A stretch of 64,000 bases of DNA from Cyanophora paradoxa CCMP329 (Eukaryota; Plantae; Glaucophyta). The stretch covers positions 1 through 64,000 of the forward strand of contig QPMI01000095.1 in assembly GCA_004431415.1 (NCBI GenBank), given 5' to 3'. Shown here in pieces: positions 11,281 to 23,040 of the stretch. How positions within the stretch are numbered: position 1 is the stretch's first letter; each line of letters starts with the position of its first letter. The notes under the pieces are model-generated. The model was not told where the DNA came from. It did no database searches and saw nothing but the letters and a program-made list of their open reading frames with translations. The position numbers and the translations under genes were made by a program.

Positions 11281-14200
11281 ATGCCCCGAATTAGCAACAG
11301 ACTCATTAGAGAGAAGAAATGGGAACTTATGGATTACTGGGAACACTGTATGCAGCCCATGAAATCACAGAGGCTGAATATGACCGGGAAATCGGATTTA
11401 TTTCAAGGGGCAGACCCACTTTAGCAAAATTAACCAGAAAAGCCAATAACCTCTATGACAAAGTTGAGACTCTTGATGAACTCGATCGCCTGAGGCAAAT
11501 AGAACCAGAGCAGAAGATGGAACAGCCATGAATGAATTATATCGCTGGCTCACATACAGAGCCAGAAGGGAAGTTGTGGTAGATGTGATTGAATATTTAG
11601 ATAGAATTGCAACCTCTCTACCAAAACGTTTAAGAGATAGTCTGGATCAATTCAGGGCAATCAAAGTTCGCTTGTCGTTTATCTGCAAGTTCGTAAAAGT
11701 CAGCAATCCACAGGTTTGGATATCGAAATACATTTACAGCGATTATTTTGTATTAACCAAATCGAGAAATATTCGAACTGAGCTGAATAAAGCAGCCCAA
11801 ATGTGTCAGGAACAGATGAATGTTGTTGATAGCTATCGATTGGAGAGAATCGAAATGCTAAGAGTTGCTATTATGAGTTATGCCCCAACTGGTGGCTGCT
11901 ATGTTAAAACACCAGAATCAATTGCAGCCAAGAGAGCCACAGTGAATATTCGAAATATTGATGATTCTTGCTTTGAAAATGCCATTTTGGCATGGATCCA
12001 TAGGAAAGATGTAAATTCCCACAAGAGAAGTGAGCTTACACAATATCGCAAATGGAAATACTCACCAACCACATACAATCCTTTGGCTCTCAATTTCGAC
12101 AATATCCCATTCCCTGTTCCTTGTGATGCTGAAATCATTGATAAATTCGAATCTCAAAATGCAGGCATCAGCATAAACATATTTGGAATGGATGGAGATG
12201 TTATATATCCCCTACATCAATCCAGCAACCCAGGCAGAAAGCAAAAGATTAATCTAATGCTCATTCATGATGATGAAGGGAATGGTCACTATATTACTAT
12301 CATGTCCCTTTCAAGACTTCTCAGAGTTGCCCTTGATAAAACCAAGGATCAAAAGTTACACTACTGTGATACATGCTTATCTCGATTCAGGTCTGAGGCT
12401 AAACTCACTGCTCATGTGACTCAAACAGATGCATTGATTGGAGACTCTCAAAGGAATCACCCCTAAGCCTGACACCACAATAGAGTTTGGACTGAAAAAC
12501 CTCAGGAAAACTGTCTGGCTTCCTGTTGTGGTTTACTGCAAGATTGAACATAGAAGCATCCCCATTGATGCATCGAAATCCAAGAGGAAGTCTCAGCAGT
12601 CAACATTAGAATAGTCACTGGGGCAGATGTTCAGGAGTTTCGATTTGAGGGTCAGGATCCAATGGAGGTCTGTTTGAATGCTTGAGTCCAAAGCAAGAGA
12701 GCTAATCGATTTCCTGTTCACCAATATTCCCATGAATGAACTCACAGATGAGCAAAAGGCTATTTACAGAGCTACCAAACACTGTTACCTTTGCAGTGAG
12801 AGGTTCACCAAGGAAAACTTCAAATGCAGGGATCATGATCACCACACAGGTAATTACATTGCACCTGCATGCAGAAACTGCAATCTCCATAGGAGAATCT
12901 CAAAGCAAACAAAAGTAGCAGTGGTTGTTGACCAAATGGATGACTGTGGGACATTCATTTTCAGAAAAATAGCAGGCATGGGTGATAAAAAGCGAATCGA
13001 AATCCTTTCGAAAAACTTTGATCAATACCTTTCATTGCAATGGGGTCTTTACAAGTTCATTGATGCAAGTAATTTTATGGACTTTGGGGCTGCTGATGTA
13101 GATGACTTAATGGACAAATTCCAAGCCTTCAGAAGGCTTTCACACTCAGTATATGGATTGGACCCAGTTCATTATGTATCTGCACCTGGGTTATCTTGGG
13201 ATGCTATGCTTAGGACCACCAAGGCAAAAATAGAGCTTATAAGTGATGTAGAGCAATACGAATTTGTTGAGAGGGGAATCAGGGGTGGCTTTGCAACAAT
13301 GCCTTGTAGGTATGCTGAGGCTGATGGTGAGAACTCCCATATTATGCTGTTTGATGCTAACAACTTGTATGGCTACTGCTTGAGTCAGCCAATCCCAGTT
13401 GGTGATTTTAGATGGGAGACCGAATTCAACCCACAAGATAACAGATCCAGTTTCCTGGAAGTTGATCTGGATTACCCAATTAGGCTATTTCTAGATCACA
13501 GTGATTTCCCTCTAATTATTAACAAGAAAATAGTAGAATATGCAGAATTATCACAATATCAAAAAAGCCTATTGGATCTCTCAGGAGAAGAGCTTGATAA
13601 GACCCCTAAGCTAACTGCAACCTTTGGTTCTGTGACCAACTATGTGATTTCTGAGCCTCTTCTACAGTATCTGTTGGACAAAGGGGTGAAACTAAAGAAG
13701 GTTCACAGGGTCCTATCATTTACTGTGGCTCCTGTAATGAAACCCTACATTGAGCTGAATACTGAGATGAGAAGGAAAGCAGTGAATAAATTCGAGGCTG
13801 ATTTCTATAAACTCATGAATAACTCAATCTATGGGAAATGCATTGAATCTTGCAGAGGTAGATCTGTGGTTAAGATTGCAAACAGTGAGAAACTGTTTAT
13901 GAAATATGCAGCCTCCCCATTGGTGAAATCAACAAGTCCCATAAACGAAAAAGCAGTTGCCTTTGAGTTTTACACAAAGCATGTGAAGCTAGATAAGCCA
14001 GTTGCTATTGGGGCTTATGTTCTGGATGCAGCCAAACTGCATAACTACAAGTTCTTCTATGATACTGTAAGGTCCCAATGGTCCAAAGCCAAGTTACTAT
14101 TCCATGATACTGATTCCTTTTGTCTATATATCGAATCTCAGACCCTCCAAAAAGACCTAGAGAATATATCCTTTAATCTGGACTTAGGGGGATCTAACAG

Positions 14201-14519
14201 AATGACCCCAGGTAAATACAAAAATGAAATGCCTGGCTCTGCTATATTGGAGTATGTGGGTCTGAGAGCTAAAGTTTACAGTTTCAGAACTGCTGAGATT
14301 GAGAGGAGTAAGCTCTCTGGGACTTCAACTGAGGAACTCCAATTTAATGATTTTAAACAGTGTTTATTTGCAGGTATCAGCAAGACTGTGACTGCAAAGC
14401 AGAAAAGAAGGGCAGATCACACAATAATAGACACTGTGAGTAGAAGGGTTGCCCTAAACTGCTTTGATGCAAAGAGATACATCTTACCAGATGGTATTAA
14501 TTCTGTTCCTTTTAATTAA
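11281..14519 (+). pseudogene. Protein-primed family B DNA polymerase (pPolB), frameshifted in the N-terminal half
   Basis: Starts MPRISNR (cf. MPRPSNR in PLV-2); RGIRGG, DANNLYG, KLMNNSIYGK and DTDS motifs; EndoVII-like insert CYLC..RDHDHHTG..ACRNCN. Confidence 0.93.
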
Positions 14520-14638
14520 GAGATGCCAGCAACTGGAAGAATAGTTAGGAGAACCACTGAGCAACTACAAGGTAACCTACTGCCTATCACAGTTCCCAAG
14601 GAGGAAAAGGAGAATCTCGAATTGTAAAAAAGTCAGAG

Positions 14639-15907
14639 ATGAAAGAGCTTGTCCCAGTAGAGATCCCAGTTGCTATTGCAGTGAAAGAAACCAGCAAGAT
14701 TGCCAAGAGATTCTATGATGTGAGAACTGGTTACAAAGGGCTTCAAGCTATGAGGGCTGAGTTACCTGATGAATCCTATAAGCAGTTGCAAGAGTTCTAT
14801 AAAAAACAAGAAGTTGTTCAGATCAATGCACCTGCTATATCTAGGAAGAGAGATCCCATGGTCCCAATTAGGCAACCCCTTGATACCTATGTGATTGATT
14901 TGCTCTTTTTCCCAGCTTATAAGAAACAAAACAATGGCTATGATACCTTTATGACTGCAATGGAATCTACACTGAGAACTGGGTATATCATACCTATAAG
15001 GGATAAATCAGCTCTCACTACATTGGCTGCATTTAAACAGCTTGAGATGAGAGTAGCAAGACCCATAGTAAAAGTTCAATCAGATGCTGGGAGTGAATTC
15101 CAAAATCGAATATTCCAGGAGTATCTATCTAGTAAATACATAGAACACCAAGTGAGTGGAACTGCAGACCACAGAAGCCAAGGTCGAATTGAAGCCTTTA
15201 ACAAGCAGATTAAGAGACTGATCACAAACTACTGCATAGCCAATAATACAGCTAGATTCTTTGATGTGTTAGGTGATATTGAGTATAATTACAATAATAC
15301 AGTTCACTCAGCTACTAAGATGAAGCCAGTTGAAACTACAGAGGAGCATTATAGGTATATAGTGGGATTAGAAGATGAAAGATTCAAGAAATCAATAGCT
15401 TACCTTGATACCATGCAGCCTGGCATGTTTGTTAGAGTGAAAGTTGAGAAGAACCCCTTTGCTAAACAGGGTAACAATTGGTCTAGGATGGTTTACACTG
15501 TTGATAGTAGGGAAGGCTTTAAGTTTAAGCTAAGGAGTCCCACTGGAGAGATCATAGATAACAGGTTTGCTTTCCATGAGCTTTTGCCTGTGAATGCAGT
15601 TGAGTATCTGGAAACCCCTACAGTAGATGCCTTAGAGCAAGCTAAAGAGGAAGCTAGGGTTGATGCTGCTATAAGGAGAGAAGGCATAGAAGCTGCTAAT
15701 GAAGTCCCAGATAAGCCTTTGATAGAGGCTAGGAAGGAGAAGGCTGGGAAAGTTAATAGGGAACTCAAAAAGCTCACCATAGCAGGCACACAGAAACTTT
15801 CAGAAGTGAATAGCCAGAGATGGTATAGTGACTTTCAGACTACTAAGGAGTCATATACAGCCCCTAAACCACAAAGAACACTAAGAGAGAGGACCAAAAC
15901 TAGCTAG
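14639..15907 (+). CDS. rve (retroviral-like DDE) integrase
   Basis: YVIDLL, VQSDAGSEF, GRIEAFNK, YNNTVHSATKMKP; true start may be the ATG at 14523 with a frameshift. Confidence 0.92.
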   Translation: MKELVPVEIPVAIAVKETSKIAKRFYDVRTGYKGLQAMRAELPDESYKQLQEFYKKQEVVQINAPAISRKRDPMVPIRQPLDTYVIDLLFFPAYKKQNNGYDTFMTAMESTLRTGYIIPIRDKSALTTLAAFKQLEMRVARPIVKVQSDAGSEFQNRIFQEYLSSKYIEHQVSGTADHRSQGRIEAFNKQIKRLITNYCIANNTARFFDVLGDIEYNYNNTVHSATKMKPVETTEEHYRYIVGLEDERFKKSIAYLDTMQPGMFVRVKVEKNPFAKQGNNWSRMVYTVDSREGFKFKLRSPTGEIIDNRFAFHELLPVNAVEYLETPTVDALEQAKEEARVDAAIRREGIEAANEVPDKPLIEARKEKAGKVNRELKKLTIAGTQKLSEVNSQRWYSDFQTTKESYTAPKPQRTLRERTKTS

Positions 15908-16391
15908 TTTGCTAGCCGAAAACTCGTTTTTTCCAAATATATGTATGACTGATATACATATATGCATATGATATACACATTGTCTTGTAGATCTTTTCAA
16001 GCGCTTCACAGCGATATGCAGAACGTTGCGATTTGATAATCTGGTGATGAGATACAAGCGTTTGAAGATGCCGATTATCGATTTTTCGAGATTTCGGAAT
16101 GATGCATCATAATGATGTAATAATGATGTATCATAAACACATAACATATATATATCGCCGTGATCGTCATGATCTCCCGAGTTCGATGGTGTGTCATATA
16201 TATCATATACATATGCATCGTCATTATGACATCATTTCGTAACATAACACGTCCGTCATCGTCTTTTTTCCGCAGCGAACAGATAAGTGAACAGTTAACG
16301 AGACAACTATTGTAATAGTGTACTGCAACAACAATTGAAAACAAGATATGCGGGAAAGCTATTGAAAGACAATGAAGCAAATTGCGAACAA

Positions 16392-16480
16392 TTAAGTGAA
16401 CAGTTAAGTGGACACCTGTTGGGAGTAGGCAGTGTCTACTCGTTTATCGTGAAACGGTGTCCACTTAACTGTTCATTTAA
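16392..16480. repeat. 25-bp inverted repeat (hairpin) in the PLV-1 subterminal region
   Basis: TTAAGTGAACAGTTAAGTGGACACC pairs with GGTGTCCACTTAACTGTTCATTTAA (1 mismatch). Confidence 0.8.
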
Positions 16481-16903
16481 CTGTTGACGAAAACCCATGC
16501 ATTATGACATCATATCATTAAACCACATACAAAACACTAAAATGCATGTATCTCTTCACCAACTCATCATGTGACAAAACCAAAAACAGATTCGGAATCC
16601 TCTTAACGAGGCCTGCCTGACGATGTAAGTATCATAGGCTCAATAATTCATATGTTTATAAGCATCTCCCCTTGATTCCCCCTATTATATAATATTTATA
16701 TTAAAGTGGACTCAAGGTTGACTCATATTAATCGTAAAAGTAGTAATAGTATATGGATTTTGTTACGAATTCAATGCAAGGGTTGACTAAGTGGGTTGAG
16801 TTGACTCAAATTTCACAGGAAATAACAATGAATCAGAGTATAAAATGCATTTTTTGAATCAACTACACCAACTAACACTGAGATTTTCACAATATATGAG
16901 GTC

Positions 16904-17210
16904 CTTACTGAATATGGTTTGTGTGACAGGTGTGACAGGTCTATCCCAAAGTTTTCTATAGCACTAAAATGAACTCTCAAAAGTTTGGGATGGACCTGTC
17001 ACACCTGTCACACTCGATTATTTCATTTGTTTATTTAAGTAGAATTACATAGATAAACTTCTTTCATATTGTTACTGAGTTTTTCATTATAAAAGAGGAT
17101 CTTACTGAAAATGGTTTGTGTGACAGGTGTGACAGGTCTATCCCAAACTTTTCAATAACCTAAAAATGAACTATCAAAAGTTTTGGATAGACCTGTCACA
17201 CCTGTCACAC
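16904..17210. repeat. Two tandem copies (197-bp period) of the ~93-bp GTGTGACAG palindrome module
   Basis: GTGTGACAGGTGTGACAGGTCTATCCCAAA...TTTGG(G)ATRGACCTGTCACACCTGTCACAC at 16921-17013 and 17118-17210. Confidence 0.9.
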
Positions 17211-17461
17211 CCAATTATTTCAAAAAACCTAAGGGTCCCCCCTTAGACTCAACAAAACAATGATAAAATCATATAAGTTTCATGTATAATTACGATTGGA
17301 TTCAATAAGAGATCGATTTGTTTTATTTAACAAATGAATCATTTATGGATCTTAATCGAGTTTAGCGATATATTTCCGATTAAATGAATTAAATTTAATT
17401 AAATTTAATCGAGAAAGTACATGAATATAATATCGATTAAATCAATTAACAAAAAGACCAA

Positions 17462-17749
17462 TCACACATAGTAAAATGCGGAGTTTTAACCAGAGGCAAG
17501 ATCTAATTGAGATTCAGTTATATTATTCGGAAATATATACAGATTATCGATTAACTCAGTAAGACTAATCGGAAAATAAGAGAAATTTACGATAAAATAT
17601 CGAAAAGAATACAAAATAATCGAAATAATTGAATATTCGATAAGATATACACAGATTATCGATTGATTGAAATAGAATATACGAGATATATCAACAAAAT
17701 CAATTAAGATTAAGCCGAGGGTTAAAACTCCGCATTTTACTATGTGTGA
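17462..17749. mobile_element. MITE-like element with 30-bp perfect TIRs (CAC...GTG type), no TSD
   Basis: TCACACATAGTAAAATGCGGAGTTTTAACC at 17462-17491 and its reverse complement at 17720-17749; AT-rich non-coding interior. Confidence 0.7.
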
Positions 17750-20700
17750 CCCCGATCCCGATCCCGGCGCCCCGGCGCCCGATGCCACCCCGGAGGCGGA
17801 AGCGGTGTACCCGGCTGTCGTTAGGCGGCTGCGGGACGCTGCGCTCCTCACTCCCCTCGATCCGCTGTCGCTCGAAGAAGCAGCCCTGCTTGCCCCTTGC
17901 CTTGATACCGCACCCGCCCCCCTCTGCGCCCCGACCCAGGGCGAGTACACCGCTCAGGAAGTGGGGGAAAGCCTCAAGGAGATGAATAAGTCCACTGCGC
18001 CGGGCGAGGATGGCATGACCGTCCGGTTCTACCTTAAGTTCTGGACGTAATAGGCCCCATTATCGCCGAGAGCTACAACTGCGCGCGCGCCCTAGGAGTG
18101 CTCTCGGAGCGCCAGCGCATGGGACTCATCCAGCTGCTCTATAAAAAGGGTGACCGCGACCGGATCCAGAACTGGCGCCCCATCACGCTACTGCAAATTG
18201 ATCGCCGCCTCTACGGGGCGGTCTTGGCGAAGCGGATCGCCCCCGCGTGCCAGCACACGATTAGCTCGGTCCAAACGGGCTTCATGCCCGATCGAAACGG
18301 CGCGGATAACGTCTGGCAGATGCAGTCCGTCATCCGCTACGCCGCCCGCGAGGGCAAGCATATCGTCGTCTTAAACACGGACTTTGAGAAAGCGTACGAC
18401 CGCGTCGAGCACATCTATGCGCTGCGCGTTCTCGCGATTCAAGGCTTCCCCGCGGAATTCCTCCAGGACGTTCGCGCTGCGATCAAAGGCGCGCGATCAA
18501 AAGTGATGCTCAACGGCGTCGTCGACCCCGATCCCATCCAAATCACACGGAGCGCGATGCAGGGCGACCCGTTCGCGTGCATGTTCTTCAATACGCAGCA
18601 AGAGCCGACGACGCGCGCGATACTAGCAGACCCCGAGATAACCGGCGTACCGGCGCCCGGGAATCCCGGGGTCGAATCCAAACTGAATCAATACGCCGAC
18701 GACGCGGCGCACACGATCCTGATCGACCCGCAGTCGCCTGATCCCGGCAAACCAGTACGGAAATGCCTCGGCACGTACGCCAAGGCGGAGAAGTACAACG
18801 GCTCGTGCCTCAGCCTAAGCAAAACGGAACACTAGTGGAGGGGGGGGTCCCGGGAGATCAGCTGGAGAATACGAAATCAAATCTCCACTAATCTCCATTT
18901 CCGGACTATAGAGGATTTCTGGAGATTAACACGAGACTACCTGGAGATTAAACCGAGACTAATTGGAGACTTGATGTGCACGCAGGTGCAGAATTCCTGG
19001 AGATTAGATGCCGTATTCTTGGAGACTCTTGGGAGACTACTCGGCCCCCACTAGGAGATCCTCTGGAGACTAGAAACCATACTTTCAAGAGATCAGTTAG
19101 AGACTAAATATCCGAGTTCCCCAGAGAATAAGCGGAGAATGGACATCGTGATATCTTTTAGTACAGGTATCGGTACAAACATTGCGGTTACATATACAGC
19201 TGGTCTGCTGTACAAATACATCATGCGTTGCATGAGCTGATGAAAAGAAACTCTGTTCTTGAAAGTTGGCTGGCTGTACATTGGCTGTAGGATCTGCGGC
19301 AGCCGGGACGGGAGCCGCACAAGGCAGATCCGAAGAGGCGGTTCTGGCGCCCTCTCTCTGGATGCTTTGTCAGCTTCGACATGCCAGACGCTAACGCCTG
19401 GGACGTTGAGTTCATCTACGTCAAGGACATCGTCCACCACATCGTTGTCAGCGAGTGCGAAGGTGACCAGCCTGGCAAGTTCAACATGGGTCGGTTCTAT
19501 GCCGTCTGGAAGAACCTCGTGTAACATTTGTAGTTGTAACGTTTAATACCTCTGCAACATGTACAGTGTAATACCGTAATGTTAGTTGCTGTCGATCAAG
19601 GCGAGCTAGCTCAGCTGTACATGTACCACTACTTTTTCACAATTGCAATCCTATTTGGATATCAATCATGAGAGCTCGGTCTCGGTTTGGTTAATATAAA
19701 TAGCTACGTATACGTTTATATACAGGAATGCGAACTAGATATAATTCTCTGCAAAGTCTCCAGCCAAGGCGCGGAGACTTGCTGGAGAGTGGCTCTATAC
19801 AAGTCTCCAAAGAGTCTCCAAGCGGATATTAGCTGGAGACTACAGCTCAGGAAATACTCCATCTAGTCTCCTGAAGCCCCAAAAATGCGTTAGTCTCCAG
19901 CTAGTCTCAGTCTATTCTCCAGCTGATCTCCCGGGACCCCCCCCTCCACTAGTGGAAGGTATGCTCGCTGGCGCCGCCGCGATCCGCCCGCCGCAGACGC
20001 TGCCAGCCTGGGCAGCACAGATCCCGATCCGCTGGGTCTCGCAGACGACGACGCTCGGAATCCCACTGGGCTCGACGGGCGAACTTGACACGACCGAGTT
20101 CTGGCTCGGCAAGGGCGAAAGCATGCGCAAGGCGCGCACGCGATGGAACCTCCGAGGCATGCGCGCGCACCAACGAGCGTACGTAGCCACCGCGATCCTC
20201 GCGTCCAAGCTTATGTACGCGGCCTCATTCCTCCCGTGCCCACCGGCAGCGCTCGAAGCCCTCAAGCACGAATACTGGTGTGCGATCTGGCCCCGGGCCC
20301 CCGAGGCACCGGCCACGAAACGTGCCCCGAGGGGCAGGATCAGCCGCGCAATGGCGGTGCGCCCGCCCGCCCATGGCGGCCTCGGGGCCATCGACCTTGA
20401 ATCTCGCCTCCTCGCGCAGGCCGGCACGTACGTTAAGGCGCTCTGCGACCCGACGTTCGCAGTCTGGAAACTGTTCGCGGCCGATGATATCGGCACGCTC
20501 TTCTCACGCGCCCGGAGCTCCGTCGCCCGCTCCCTTGGCATCGCCGCTCTCGGTGCACACATCCCACTAGCCCGCCAATCCGCGCTCCTCCCCTGCCAAG
20601 GCCCGCTTGCCCCGGCCGCACGCACCCTAGGCCTCCTCCGCCCGCGCGCGGCAGCGACGCAGCCCGCCAGCTGCCCAGCCGTCCGATCGCTCGAGTCGCT

Positions 20701-22207
20701 CCCGCTCACGCGTGAACGCTTCCGGGCAGAGCCGCTCTGGTTCAACCCGGTGCTCTCCCCGACCGGCCAGCTGTGGGGCACTACGGCCGCCGACCGCACA
20801 CTTGCCGCCGGCTCCACCACGTCCCCAAAAATTACCCAGGCCGGCCAGGTCCTCACGGTACCCCCCCCGGGCCTGTCCCCCGCCGCCCGCAAAAGGCTCC
20901 AGGTGATCAGAACGCAGCTCTCGGCGCAAGTCTCCGCCCTCGGCCTCGCCCCCCTGTATCGCGGCCCCGCGGCGGTCCGCTCAGGCCCCGGCGGCGACCC
21001 CCGCGTCCTCGACCCCCCGATCCCGGCGGGCCACGGTCCCCGCCGCCCCGGCCCGACCGCGGTCATCCTCGCCCGCCCCGGCACCCCCCCGTCCGGCCTC
21101 CGCGTCGGTGCCCTCCCCGACGGAACGCTCGCCGAACCGCCGATGCCCGACCAGCCCCTCCCCGCCGCCCCCGCCTCGCTCCCGCGAGCGCACGTCATCC
21201 TCGTACCCCCCGGCTCCACCAAACAGAAGCAGCGCTGGCCCGCGGGCCGCCCCGTCCTCGCCGGGCGCCTCGACGCCACGCCCTGGGTCCACGCGGGCCT
21301 CCTCTTCGCCTCCCCCAAGGGCCCCCGCCCCTGGCTCGAATACCGCATCTCCGCGGGCTACCACGCGCTCCTAGCCCTCCCCGCCACCCCCGATCCCGGC
21401 CCCCTCGCCCGCTTCGGAGCCCCGCCGCAGCGCTGCATGTGGCAAACGGTGTGGAAAATTGGCTGCCGCCATGTAAGTCTGACAGCCTGGAACCGTGAAA
21501 TCTGGCTGTGGGCCACGCACGCATGCCTCCCCGCGGGGCAATTCCTCCACCGCATCGGCGCCCGCCCTACCCCCTTTTGCGAGGCCTGTGAATGCATAGA
21601 TGTGCCGGAGGACACGTCCGACCACGCCATCTATTACTGCGCCCCCGCTCGCGCCGCTTGGGGCGAACTCCTCGACCGTTGGAACGAGCACTTCAGCACC
21701 GCCGTCCCCCTCAGCTGTGCCCACGCAGTCACTGGCTTCTGCGCCGTACCGGACAGCCTCCGCCAGCCCGCCCGCCGCCGCGCCCCGCGCTCCCCGGGCG
21801 CCCTGCTCCCCGCCCTCGCCGGTCTCATGATCAGCTCCGCATGGCGGGTCCACCAGCTTACGCCAGAAGAGCGGGAACAATCGGCGAAACCCACCGCTAT
21901 GCTCATCTGGGAGGCGTTCGCCCGCGATGTCTGGGCCCGGGCCCTAGTAGCCATCACCAAAGCGGAGTACGCAGCCCGCGGCCTGTCCCCCGCCGACGCG
22001 CAGCCCGCCCTCGACCCCAGCGCCATTACGTGGGCTTGGGAGCCCGACGACGACCCCCCGCCCCCCCCGAGCCCCGTAGATCCGCTCATCTGGACGGCCG
22101 CCGGCTTCGTTGCCACAATCGAGCGGACAGAAACCGAGACCGTCCCCTCCCGCGGCCCCCTCCTGGAGCCGCCGCCCGACTTCGACTCCCCCGACGTCCC
22201 GTGGTGA
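17750..22207 (+). mobile_element. 5'-truncated non-LTR retrotransposon (L1/Tx1-like) ORF2: RT + zf-RVT; frameshift at ~18045 and CACTA insertion
   Basis: APGEDG, KKGD..NWRPITLL, DFEKAYDRV, MQGDPFA, YADD; C-terminal CEAC..DHAIYYC zinc knuckle; no APE endonuclease in the window. Confidence 0.92.
18830..19954. mobile_element. Non-autonomous CACTA/EnSpm transposon (1125 bp)
   Basis: CACTAGTG termini, 42-bp perfect TIRs, 3-bp TSD GAA (18827-29 and 19955-57), many subterminal (CT)GGAGA(C/T)T repeats; excision restores LINE frame LSKTE|GMLAG. Confidence 0.95.
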
Positions 22208-22286
22208 CCGCCCGACCGGCTCATAGCCACGGCACCCGCAGGCCCGCCGGCAGCGGGGCGGAGACCACCTCCAGGCGGCCCCCTGC

Positions 22287-23040
22287 CTACGAGAACAGTG
22301 AGCAAGCTAGCGTCAACCGGTCCCCGCGGCCCCTCCGCACCATAAAATCCATGGCCTCGTCGATGCTGTTGAACCTCCGGTAGTCATCCCCGCCCACCCC
22401 GGGCACCCTCCATATCTGTGCCTGCGCCTTCGGATGCTCCGGATAGTCGCGGGAGTTCCTGCAGCCCCACCGCCACACTCGTAAACAAGCACGCCGCGAC
22501 GCAATCCCCCTGCATCACGCCCAGCGGCGCTGCGCACCAGACAGGATAAATCCCGGGCCGACGCCCTCGGCGCACGGCAATGAAGCCCAGCGTACCCTTC
22601 GCCGGCACTTGCTTGCAGCCTGCGTAGGGCACATGCACGGGATAGCCGCCCAGCCGCCCGTCGGCGTACAGCGCCACCGCCTCCCGCAGCCCGGTCAAGG
22701 TCTCAATCCACGCCGGCGTCGTGCCCATCGGGCTCAAGGCCGAAGCCGCGGGCGCCGCAACAGCTCCCGCAGCCAAAGCCACGGGAGCCCCAACCGCACC
22801 GGCGGGCGCCCCGAGAGCGCTCGCTAAGATAGCAACGGCGACGGGGTCCGCCTCGTGCTCGCCCGATTCGAGCCCGCCGACGGCACCGGCTGGCAACACG
22901 AGATCGGGCACGTCGTCTAGACGCTTCGCTGCAGGCTCGTCCCCGGATGCCTCACCCGCCTCCCGAGCCCGCTTCTCGCCAACCGCAACGCGCGCAGCGT
23001 CGCCTGCCGCCTCCGCTCTCCGCTCCTCGCCTTCCTCGAC
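22287..23040 (-). CDS. Intron-containing gene with an RNase H1 N-terminal/caulimovirus viroplasmin (Cauli_VI)-like hybrid-binding domain
   Basis: FIAVRRGRRPGIYPVW joined across a GT..AG intron (~22460-22540) to ...YRRFNSIDEAMDFM; start position uncertain. Confidence 0.6.

Larger units (their letters stand above)
1..17460. mobile_element. Endogenous Polinton-like virus PLV-1 (left end outside window, right end cut off at a MITE)
   Basis: AT-rich, intron-less block with MCP, penton-like genes, A32 ATPase, D5-type helicase, pPolB and rve integrase; sharp switch to GC-rich DNA at ~17750. Confidence 0.92.

Noticed and set aside
1-12700. Numerous frameshifts as programmed frameshifting or editing
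   Set aside because: They are scattered single-base losses with no consistent slippery motif; decay or long-read error is simpler and cannot be separated without reads
19912-21348. 478-aa minus-strand ORF
   Set aside because: Antisense shadow of the GC-rich LINE ORF2
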